64,000 bases of DNA from Lingula anatina (Eukaryota > Animalia > Brachiopoda): contig CM120640.1 of the NCBI GenBank assembly GCA_051362555.1, positions 58,940,788-59,004,787 of the forward strand, given 5' to 3'. Position numbers and translations under genes: made by a program. The notes beneath the pieces are model-generated. The model saw only the letters and a program-made list of their open reading frames with translations. It did no database searches and was not told the origin of the DNA. Below are positions 55,301-64,000 of the stretch, one piece after another; within the stretch, counting starts at the first letter, position 1; the number at the start of each line of letters is the position of its first letter.

Positions 55301-58300
55301 ATGCAGTATGAAAAGGACTTGCACCAAAAAACTAGACATAAAACACAAACAGGTTGCTTAAACTCTTACTCCATCCACTATGCAGTCCTCCAGTCTCTCC
55401 TTCAAGAGATCCTCTGCACATTCATATTTAGTGTGTCTTCTCAGGCACTCTGACATGGTATTGACCCTGACTGTGACAGGTTTATGGTCTTTTAAGTGCC
55501 TGTATTCAGAATAGAACACATCTTTATGTATATAATAGAAAAGCAAAAAAAAAAAAAAAAAATTTCTAAAAAAATGCCAGCACTTCTTCCAACTTGATAA
55601 TCTATATGACCTCATTTGACTTAAGTATTAACAGTCTACAATCGTCAAAATAATCCAGATAAAAGTAACTTATCTTACCATTTGACCCATAATTTTTTTT
55701 CATTTTAGCTCTTTGTATAGTATGGTCCACTTACCTGATTAATCCCATTAAAAGATCAGGGATTGTTTTCATGTTTCCTTCTACAAGCAAATTTTTGGTG
55801 AACTGGATGGCCTTTTCATCATCTTTTTTAAGTTTGTGGTACATCTTTTTCCAAGGTACAAACTGAAAATAAAACAAAGAAATCAAAGGTAAAATATTTT
55901 ATCAAAATATACTTCAATTATATTATAATAAAGTCAAGCAAATGGTTTTACATGCATGGTATTGTCACTTGGCTACAGCAACAGGCATAACTCAGATAGG
56001 GAGAGAGACTTCATCTCAGCAACAGCATCTCACAGTATGTTTTCTACAGTAGACACTCTACTCTGATGTCTGTACAGTCTCCCTCTATCTCTCTCTCTCA
56101 CTTTATTTGATTTCAATTAGAAACTGGAATGTTATACAAGAGTGTTTTACAATCAATCATCAGTTTACTTGGTGATCAAGTCAGTCTTTGTTAACCCCTT
56201 TCTAGGCATACATACAAAAGACCGATTATCATTTACTTTCCTGGAGATCAATTAAGCTGCTTGATGTTTTCAAGTTATTAATCTTTTCCTGACTACTTGA
56301 GGCTCCATCTGTGCATTTTCTAATACTCACTTTTTATAAACAGGTTGTGCTTCCAGAGAAACCTTGACAACTTTATTCTGAACACATTAAAATTTGTTTT
56401 TGGGTTATGACTATATAATAAAACCATGATGACATTCTTGAGTTTCAGTAATATTTAGAAATACTATCAAAAACAAAACTTGTGTATCAAAGCATGTTTA
56501 TGTGCAAAAGTATACAGTACAGATATCTTAATTTTCAATTTAAGATTATGATATATTTTTATAAACACAGAAATTATAATTATCATAGATCTGAAAATAT
56601 TGTTAGGAAACAAATAATTACCCTTTCATCTGATATGATGTCATTCCATTGACTGCAGACTCTGTTGACATTCAGAGCTAAATCCAACATGGGCAGCTGA
56701 CAGAGTATGTTCTCAATCACTTCAATTGGCAGCATGGAAAAATAGTCTTTATCACTGTCAGTCTCATCTCCAGTCAGGTCAACCTCTCCAGTTCCAAGGA
56801 GTCCATACTTGTCACTTAAGTTACCTGGAATAGAAGAAGTACTATACATGATGCCAGCGTTGTGGCAGCTTAAAATGTGGCTGTGCTGGTTGTAGCTCTT
56901 CAAAATGCTGCCAAGGCTTTTGGTTTTGATATAAACAATGACTGAGAATAGTAATTACTCGATCTTCAGATACTGTGATAATTTCTTAAAATTAAACCAT
57001 TAATCCTATTTAGTGGTTGCAACAAAATTAAAAGGCAGGTTACTTCATAGGATCTATTTATGGAATAAAAGCCTCACAAATGCTATTTAGAAATAGTTTT
57101 TGTGAGTATAAAATTATGTATCTGAAAGTTTGATAATTTTTGCCTACTGAAACTATCTAGAAATTACCATTACCATTTCATTTTTCCTTAGTTAACTTTG
57201 TATGTCTTACCAACTGTTTCATATCTCTGCTTTTCATCTACAGAAGTCTTTTCACCTTTTTGTGGATCTACTTTGGTTGCAGTGTTGGTGCTTCTAGAAA
57301 ATCCATTTCTTTGAGAACTGAAAACTGTGGCACTATTGCAATCAAAATCATTGCTATCATCATCAAATATGTTTCTTGAAAAATTCTTCCTCTGTGTGCT
57401 AAAGCTTGTAGCACCTTTCTTCTCAAAGTCACTGCTGTCATCATCCAGTGCTAAGGTAGGCCAAAGTGTAGTCTTTGATGTTGTTGCATTTACTGGAGAC
57501 TTTTCACACACATATGTGCCATTTTCAAGTTTCTTGAGGGGAGAATACATCACACAAGTTTTTCTAGTTTGAGAACTGGAAGGTGAGGAACCTTTAGAAC
57601 TGGAAGACAAGTTCTGCAAAGATGTTTTAATACTGTGAGGGGGTGTACACTGTAAAGGTGCATCCTCACTTTGGTTTGCTCCTTTAATTCCACCGAATTC
57701 TCTAATTTTGGTAAAAGATGGTGATGAGCTATGTGATGTTGGAATGCTGTCAAGAGGTGTAAACTTCAAGGTCCCATCCTCCTTAAAGCGCACTCCTATG
57801 CATTCATCAGATATGCTTGCTTTGGAAGTGGAAGTGGAAAAAGATGGTGATGAGCTATGTGATGTTGGAATGCTATCAAGGGGTGTAAACTTCAAGGTCC
57901 CATCCTCCTTAAAGCGCACTCCTATGCATTCATCAGATATGCTTGCTTTGGAAGTGGAAGGTACTGAGTTTTCTGATGATGAAGTAATACTTTGAGGTGG
58001 TGTGCACTGTACAGGTGCATCCTCAGTATTGTCAGCTCCTATGCATTCACTGAACTCCGGTTTGGTTGATGAAAAATAATTTGTCAACTTGTTTTTCTGT
58101 ATGATATGTCTCTTTCCTGGTGACTGTTTGGGGCTTCTATTCAATGTGTACTGATAACCTGCAGGCTGAAAACCATTATACTGAGCAGTCATTTCAAGGT
58201 TTATCTTAGAACTCTCATTTTCTGGCATCCTACTCTTGGTTTTATTTGCTCTAGACCTAGGATAAAGACCCCTGTTTGGATCTTTAGAGCTTGTTTTCAC

Positions 58301-58441
58301 TGCCGCTGGGTTTGTCAGTGGTATGGCCCCCTCCTCACTACTGCTTCGTTCCTGACATTGTGCAGTAGTAAGTTGCACTTTTCTTCTCTTGGCAGCTTGT
58401 GTTTCACCAGAAGTTGGCACTGCAGAGGTTTGTTCACTCAT
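46162..58441 (-). CDS. FBH1: F-box DNA helicase 1 (UvrD/SF1 helicase with F-box), whole gene, 19 coding exons, ~1265 aa
   Basis: Manual splice reconstruction, all GT-AG with consistent phases (3798 nt): 58441-57211, 56824-56622, 55862-55735, 55499-55370, 55026-54833, 54581-54367, 54120-54042, 53630-53541, 53388-53172, 52935-52761, 52398-52262, 52020-51921, 51823-51699, 51398-51323, 48277-48077, 47820-47725, 47489-47380, 47233-47108, 46326-46162. F-box [19 protein letters not shown]; Walker A AFAGTGKT; Walker B LIDEAQD; [14 protein letters not shown]; LTQSFRFG; [10 protein letters not shown]; [11 protein letters not shown]. Confidence 0.95.
46200..46272. repeat. 37-bp tandem duplication in the FBH1 last exon
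   Basis: GTACCTAATAGCTCTCTCCAAGCTGGGTAGTTCTG at 46201 and 46238. Confidence 0.95.
46360..47075 (-). mobile_element. Old degenerate family-A-related element (last FBH1 intron)
   Basis: Begins AACTAGAGGATCAGAG, has a degenerate subTIR (TTGACCACCAGC) and about 4 diverged ~146-bp units (e.g. GGTGAAAAGTAGGTCAAAGATCAA, GACTTCCTATTCAA, CAATAGTAACTATGG). Confidence 0.8.
47108..47233 (-). CDS. FBH1: FBH1 exon 18
   Basis: EQFEYPVSS...LVRRTVKI; ttttag / gtgagt boundaries, phase 0->0. Confidence 0.82.
47380..47489 (-). CDS. FBH1: FBH1 exon 17 (motif VI)
   Basis: [18 protein letters not shown]. Confidence 0.93.
47725..47820 (-). CDS. FBH1: FBH1 exon 16 (motif V)
   Basis: [24 protein letters not shown]. 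Confidence 0.93.
48077..48277 (-). CDS. FBH1: FBH1 exon 15
   Basis: IKNRLLQKF...[11 protein letters not shown]...LPNIVDKI. Confidence 0.9.
48393..51154 (-). mobile_element. Family A HINE-like element copy 2 (complete, FBH1 intron 14)
   Basis: Same termini and near-identical ~1-kb unique segment as copy 1; shorter by four repeat units. Confidence 0.88.
48599..50168. repeat. Tandem array of 146-bp satellite, ~10.7 units, inside family A copy 2
   Basis: Unit starts at 48599, 48745, 48891 ... 50059. Confidence 0.97.
51323..51398 (-). CDS. FBH1: FBH1 exon 14
   Basis: [25 protein letters not shown]; ttttcag / gtaggt boundaries. Confidence 0.88.
51431..51486 (-). mobile_element. Solo degenerate family-A terminus (FBH1 intron 13)
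   Basis: CGGGACTAAATCCATGTGTACCACCAGTGCCTAGTGGTGGTGGTACAAT aligns with the family-A end CGGGACCGAAACCATGTGTACCGCCAGCGCTAACGCTGGTGGTACAAT. Confidence 0.7.
51699..51823 (-). CDS. FBH1: FBH1 exon 13
   Basis: [17 protein letters not shown]...AFVG; tacag / gtgagt boundaries. Confidence 0.9.
51921..52020 (-). CDS. FBH1: FBH1 exon 12 (motif IV)
   Basis: [17 protein letters not shown]...LVG. Confidence 0.93.
52262..52398 (-). CDS. FBH1: FBH1 exon 11 (motif III)
   Basis: [19 protein letters not shown]...FYLTQ. Confidence 0.93.
52761..52935 (-). CDS. FBH1: FBH1 exon 10 (Walker B)
   Basis: [12 protein letters not shown]...[14 protein letters not shown]. Confidence 0.93.
53172..53388 (-). CDS. FBH1: FBH1 exon 9
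   Basis: YKSKLG...[19 protein letters not shown]...EKKM. Confidence 0.9.
53541..53630 (-). CDS. FBH1: FBH1 exon 8
   Basis: [29 protein letters not shown] (motif Ib TxHALA). Confidence 0.92.
54042..54120 (-). CDS. FBH1: FBH1 exon 7 (Walker A)
   Basis: [11 protein letters not shown]...VVYNK; ttccag / gtaagt boundaries. Confidence 0.93.
54367..54581 (-). CDS. FBH1: FBH1 exon 6
   Basis: [14 protein letters not shown]...[11 protein letters not shown]...KIIAFA (Q motif, start of Walker A). Confidence 0.9.
54833..55026 (-). CDS. FBH1: FBH1 exon 5
   Basis: [21 protein letters not shown]...[10 protein letters not shown]; tacag / gttagt boundaries. Confidence 0.88.
55370..55499 (-). CDS. FBH1: FBH1 exon 4
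   Basis: HLKDHKPVT...CIVDG; tacag / gtaaga boundaries, phase 2->0. Confidence 0.82.
55735..55862 (-). CDS. FBH1: FBH1 exon 3
   Basis: [12 protein letters not shown]...LMGLIR; tttcag / gtaagt boundaries. Confidence 0.9.
56622..56824 (-). CDS. FBH1: FBH1 exon 2 (F-box)
   Basis: GNLSDKYG...[40 protein letters not shown]; ttccag / gtaatt boundaries. Confidence 0.93.
57211..58441 (-). CDS. FBH1: FBH1 coding exon 1 (Ser/Thr-rich N-terminus with internal repeats)
   Basis: 417-aa ORF in the track; acceptor ttttcag opens the exon at 58467, ATG at 58441, donor G|gtaag at 57210, phase 1. Confidence 0.88.
57713..57961. repeat. In-frame 126-bp (42-aa) tandem duplication in FBH1 exon 1
   Basis: Copies start at 57713 and 57839 and are nearly identical: [40 protein letters not shown] x2. 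Confidence 0.95.
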
Positions 58442-59199
58442 TTTTGAAGCTTACAGACTGACCCTTCCTGAAAAAATAATTAAATAACTTTATTCACTGT
58501 CACATAAAAATCATGCATAGTGCCCAGCTTCATAAAGGATTTACATGAAACTGCTCAATAGAGTATGGACTTGCAAAACACATAATGCAATAATTGAGTG
58601 AACCAGGAACATATTATTCTTATTCGTTTCCTTTGCAGTAATCTGTTCCACTGTTGTGCTTAACTGCTAACTTAAGTTTCAATCTCACTTAGGCAATTGT
58701 GATTTTAATTTTCCCTAAAAAATTAAAAATCTTACCTGATTACAATCTTGCCTGTGACATATATATATACCAAAATTGTCAATAGGAATGCTGACGCATA
58801 ATTTTTGTGTTAGGTGATTTTATGAATTTCATTACAAATACTCAACCAATTTCTATTGTTTTTTGCATTATGATAGACTTATATGGCAGTCATAAGTCAT
58901 TTTATGTGGTTTTCAGGTTTATTCACACAGTTTATTAACCAATTAAAGTAACAGTCTAGTGTGGTTAAGACATTAAATTAGTGTCACACTCATATTCCGA
59001 TAGCATAGATTAATCTATGCATAATCTATGCATAATTAATAGGTCAAAAAATAATACAATTAAGATGTATTGTCTCAGTTAAAGATCTTCCTACTTCAGG
59101 CCTCATAAATGATAATTGCTGTTTCTAACACAAGCCTTCGATTTTTGATAAATGAAAAATTTATTACTCTAGCCATGAATTAACTACCCCAATGTTAGC

Positions 59200-59720
59200 A
59201 CTGTCGTACATATCAGAATAGGGAATGTCCGGGATAGCCTATTTTGAACATCTGCGCAGCAGATGACTTTAAACGAGACCTGGATTGGAGCGAGATTTCA
59301 CAAGAGGTAGGGTTAAAATCTGCCATTGAAACTTCTCTCGCGTCTTCTCACAAGTCTATGTTATAGGATTGCATTAAGTAAAATTTGGCAGTGTCATGTA
59401 ATTTGAGATAGAGCAACGCTATGGCAAATTACTAATGTTGTCATAGGGTGCATTGCAGTTAATGCTTAGCAAGAAAACCAGGAAAATGACCATGGATGAC
59501 GGACACGTCTGGCGAGAGAAGTGAAGTAAAGAAAGAGAAGTTGATTAAATTAAAAGGACTAAGTGTCGACATATTTAAAGTACAGGTCAGGTCGTAGTAT
59601 TTTGTAGGAAGAAAGGGACCAACTGCAGACAACTCGCACCCGACACGTCACTGGCTTCATGGCATCACCGTATAGACCGTATCATCAACAGTCGAGGGGC
59701 ATGTTAATAAGTACTGAGTA
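59200..59720. promoter_or_regulatory. Probable FBH1 promoter region (possibly bidirectional)
   Basis: CpG-retaining patch 0.7-1.2 kb upstream of the ATG-bearing exon. That exon has a splice acceptor, so an upstream non-coding exon is required. Confidence 0.4.
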
Positions 59721-61317
59721 AGTTTTGTGTGTAGTTTACAGGACATCATGGTTTATTAATGTAATACAGCCCTAGCACTTGTGATTAATAGTCTTTTACA
59801 GTAACTATATCAGACAAATTTGCTTATACCATTCCTGTCTCCATATAACGTGTACCTGATTATGAAATACTGGTGAACCTTCCACACCTATTAAGTATAC
59901 ACAATGTTCAGTTGCATTTGTGACATTCCATGCCGGGTGGCCGGTTATAATAATTGCAAGTAAGGTAGAAATTAGAGTTAGTATTTTACAACAACGTTTA
60001 TCACATAATGATATATATTTCAGAAAACTAAGTGAATTATTATTTTTTTTATTTTAGAGCATGACAGACACAGCGCATGTTATTGAACCAGGCAAGAACT
60101 GTGAGAGACGTGGTCAGGATAAACAGATGTTGAAGATTGCTCAGTGTATATTAATCTCTAATGTCCTTAGACTAGTTATTATGTTGTTGACTTATTATAT
60201 CAGTAATCAACAGATGGCATTTTTGTCTGGGTGTCACTTACAGTATCAGGCATTTCCTTTATTACTTTAAAATGAAATATTTGGTTTTATGAATATATAT
60301 ATAGGCCTATGTATTGTACTGCACTAGTAATTTAATGAAGAAAATAATTTTTCTTGCTTGTATCATTCTTATGTTACTGTAGTGACTTTTTAAAATAACT
60401 ATATGACACCTGTTTTTTATGTTATTTACTGAGATCACAAATACAAGTTCGCCTGTGATGTTGTGTTTATTTGTTGTATTTGTGTATAACTGTCAATAAA
60501 ATGCAATGATTTATGAAAAGTTCAACCTATATGTTGTCCATTTTAATACTTTCTTTTGTCATCTTTCCTGTCATTTAAGTCAAATCTGATCACAATGAAA
60601 CTTACATTTTGTGAATGCTAACCATTAGCTTCTATATCATCATTTTCATCAGTAAATAAATGAAGAAAATTAACTTTATGATCAAGTTCCAGCCTTTAAA
60701 TTTAGTGAAATTAAAACAAAGATGCTGGCAGGTCTAATGTTCTGATATGCCATCCATCAGTAAATGAAATGTCAAATGATTTTTTTTACTTCTTTATAAG
60801 TAAAGTTTAATAGTAAAAAAATTATAAAGAAAAATAAGTTGCAGTTGTAAAGCTTTTGTTGTTCAAACGGATCTCATGAAATGACCAGTCAATGAAAAAC
60901 AATGGTAACTAATGTCATTTTCCTGTACCACAAGCAAACCTCTGGTGATGTAGCCTGTTTAAACGCGACCTTTGCTGCGTAGTACGTCCTCCGGGCGAAT
61001 TTTGCTTTGCAAGCGTCATCGGCTCTTAGCTTGGCACATTCAACATGTCAGTTGTACGTACATATTATATCAATACTTTTTCTTTATAAAGTGAAAAAAA
61101 AAGAATAAGCCTGTAGCTCAAAAATTTTGTAAGTTCAGCTATTTTTCAAGTAAAGAAATCGCTGCTCTACTTCCTTGTGGTCTCAATATTTTAACCCCAC
61201 CTCAAGGCAGATCTCGTAAAATCACGGGGAAATGTGGTCTTCTCGTTGAAAACCCGGACAGCCTCTATTTGTCAATAGGAGTGCTAACCCATGAATTTTC
61301 ATGTTGCCCCAATGTAG

Positions 61318-61448
61318 AACTAGAGGATCAGAGAGGCGATACCGCCTCCGAATATTGTACCACCAGCTGGAGCAAGCGCATTCGTATAGACCCCCACATA
61401 CACAAAATAAGGGACACAGCCACCAGTCTTGTGCTTGACAAGCTGTAA
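61318..61448 (-). mobile_element. Family A copy 3, CTAG end, interrupted by family B insertions (resumes at 63611-63637)
   Basis: About 130 bp nearly identical to 23844-23974 and 48393-48523. Confidence 0.88.
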
Positions 61449-63611
61449 CAAGGCAGCAAAGCTGTCAAATGTACAGACAAAAAGCAGGAAATAACAAAAA
61501 AGGCTACTGTCAATTCTGATGCAAAAGTACATTTTGTTAAACTGCAAATTCAACATCAAATTTTAATAATGCTCAACAGGTAAAATACATCTGTGTCTGT
61601 ACATAAAAACGGCATTTCTTTAAAATAATGGCCCGATTATGCTGATTTTTGAACTCAACCTGCGATTTAGCAGGAATGACCACTCCTGTGAGTTTAATGA
61701 CAATTGGCCCATATGTTTTTCTTATATTGTGTTTACAGTGTTGCATATATGCTGAAAAGTGAAAAAAAAAGCATAACTACTAAAATAGTGGCCCGATCAT
61801 GCCGATTTTTGAACTTGACCTGCGTTTTAGTAAGATCAATTACTCTGCATTTTAGTCCTGTATTTCTTTTTGAAAGTTTGACAATCATAAGTAACATGGT
61901 TTTCCCATAATGGTCATCTTGGCAGCAGCACCCAAAATTGTGTTTTCTTCTATTCTGATGCAATATTACATAATGGTTAACAGCAAAATGACCGTTAATT
62001 TTTAATAATAAAATACACGTATCATGGATTTTCAGAAAATGTGACTAGCATGGGTCTTCAAGCCCGTGGAACATGCCGATTTTCGAACTTGACCTGTGTT
62101 ATAGTAAGATCAATTACTCCTGTGATTTTCATGACAACAGGCCTAACGGTTTTCCTTAAAATGTGTTTACAGTGTTGGATATATGCTGAAAAGTGAAAAA
62201 ACAGCATAACTTCTACAATAATGGCCCGATCATGCTGATTTTTTAACTTGACCTGCGTTTTATGAATATTCATCAGCTCTGTAAATATACAGCCAAAAAG
62301 TAAAACTGCCTTCCACTTATCATGTTTACAATGAAAGTGCACGGTGTCGGCACCGGCGACGACGGCGACGACAGACGCAGGTGATGGCAATATGTACAGA
62401 CACATCTGTACATATTTACTGTACTGTTTGAGAACAGTAAGTGACATGGTTTTTCTTAAATGGTCATCATGGGAGCAGTGCCCAAAATGGTTTTTTTTCA
62501 AATTTTGATGCAATATTACATAATGTTTAACAGCATAATGACCATCAATTTTTAATAATAAAATATTAGTATCATGGATATTCAGAAAATGTGACTAGCA
62601 AAGGTCTTCAGGCCCATGGAACTTCAAAGTTACAACTTGAAAATGCCAGAATGTAAACAAGACAGCACTGTTCTGAAATGTTTTTTTTTTTCCATTTTTA
62701 ACACTTTTTTTAACATAAAACAAAATTAACAGGTTACTGCCATTTTTATACGATCAACTAAGAAAATTGATGAGATGGGAAAAATATCAATACAACAGTG
62801 TTAAATGTCCAATTTCCTCCATTCTGAGATTCTGAACATAGTGAATGATTGAATCTGACAAACTGCAATGATATGAGTTTATTTCCATTTTGGAAACTTT
62901 ATTACACAATACACGATAACAAGTTTACCATCATTTTTACATAATCAACTAACAATGTTGTAAAGATGCAGGAAATGTCAAACAAACACTTTTACGTATC
63001 TTATTAGTTCATTAATGAGACTGTTAACATGCCTAACAGTTGAATCTGAGGAAATTTGAAAAAACAGCATAACTTCTAAAATAATGGCCCGATTATGCTG
63101 ATTTTCGAACTCAACCTGCGTTTTAGTAAGATTGACCACTCTTGTGAGTTAAATGACAATTGGCCTATCTGTTTTTCTTATATTGTGTTTACAGTGTTGT
63201 ATATATGCTGAAAAATGAAAAAACAGCATAACTACTAAAATAGTGGCCCGATCATGCCGATTTTCGAACTTGACCTGCGTTATAGTAAGATTGATTACTC
63301 CTGTGAGTTTCATGACAACAGGCCTAACGGTTTTCCTTAAAATGTGTTTACAGGGTTGCATATATGCTGAAAAGTGAAAAAACAGCATAACTTCTACAAT
63401 AATGGCCCGATCATGCTGGTTTTCGAACTTGACCTGCGTTTTATGAATATTCATCAGCTCTGTAAATATTAAGCCAAAAAGTAAAACTGCCCTCCACTTA
63501 TCGTGTTTACAAGGAAAGTGCACGGCGCCGGCATCGGCATCGGCGACGGCGACGGCGACGACAGACGCAGGTGATGGCAATATGTACAGACACATCTGTG
63601 TCTGTACATAA
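61449..63611 (-). mobile_element. Family B HINE-like element (rearranged/compound copy) with ~159-bp internal repeats
   Basis: Left end CAAG + hairpin GGCAGC-AAA-GCTGTC + subTIR ATGTACAGACA. Right end (CGGCGA)n microsatellite + 13-bp stem TATGTACAGACAC-ATCT-GTGTCTGTACATA (63581-63610). Units begin ATA(A/G)TGGCCCGA at 61625/61785 and 63081/63240/63399. Confidence 0.8.
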
Positions 63612-63637
63612 AAATACAATCAACAAGAATTTTCAAA

Positions 63638-64000
63638 CAAGGCAGCAAAGCTGTCAAATGTACAGACAAAAAGCAGGAAATAACTATGCATAAAATAGGC
63701 TACTGTCAATTCTGATGCAAAAGTACATTATGTTAAACTGCAAATTCAACATCAAATTTTAATTATGCTCAACAGGTAATACCAATGTAAGTAAAACGTG
63801 TAACAAGCATAAGGCTTCAGGCCCATGGGAGTTCAAGTTCACACTTTGAAAATGTATAACTTAAAGAAAAAGAAGCCAATTAGACTACTTTTCCAACCCA
63901 GGCTGCATTTTAGTCCTGTGTTTCTTTTTTTGAACATTTGGCAATCATAAGTAACATGGTTTTCCAATAATGGTCATCATGGCAGCAGCACCCATAATTG
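63638..64000 (-). mobile_element. Second family B copy, truncated by the window edge
   Basis: 63638-63780 matches 61449-61583; 63903-63995 matches 61845-61937. Confidence 0.8.

Noticed and set aside
57327-57995. Plus-strand ORFs overlapping FBH1 exon 1
   Set aside because: Antisense shadows of the real coding exon.
59003-59035. Palindrome GCATAGATTAATCTATGC plus an 11-bp duplication
   Set aside because: Likely a local repair or slippage scar; too short to assign function.
1-64000. tRNA/rRNA genes, autonomous transposase or reverse-transcriptase ORFs, prokaryotic operons
   Set aside because: None recognisable by eye; the only long ORF is FBH1 exon 1.

Overview
AT-rich animal genomic DNA with spliceosomal GT-AG introns. 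The repeat content suggests a lophotrochozoan, possibly a mollusc (inference). Two intron-rich genes lie on the minus strand. The first is a complete F-box DNA helicase 1 (FBH1/FBXO18) with 19 coding exons at 58441->46162, about 1265 aa, carrying an F-box and UvrD/SF1 motifs. The second is the 5' part of a Dbl-homology (RhoGEF) gene with 7 reconstructed exons at 43411->6475, continuing past the left edge. Most ORFs in the supplied track are spurious. The non-coding DNA holds non-autonomous Helentron/HINE-type elements. Family A carries arrays of a 146-bp satellite in which nearly every unit has a perfect extended nuclear-receptor DR1 site. Family B has a ~159-bp unit and appears inserted twice into a family-A copy at the right edge. 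Three small MITEs have clean 5-, 8- and 9-bp TSDs, and one of them is a 135-bp near-perfect palindrome. A 37-bp tandem duplication frameshifts the last FBH1 exon.
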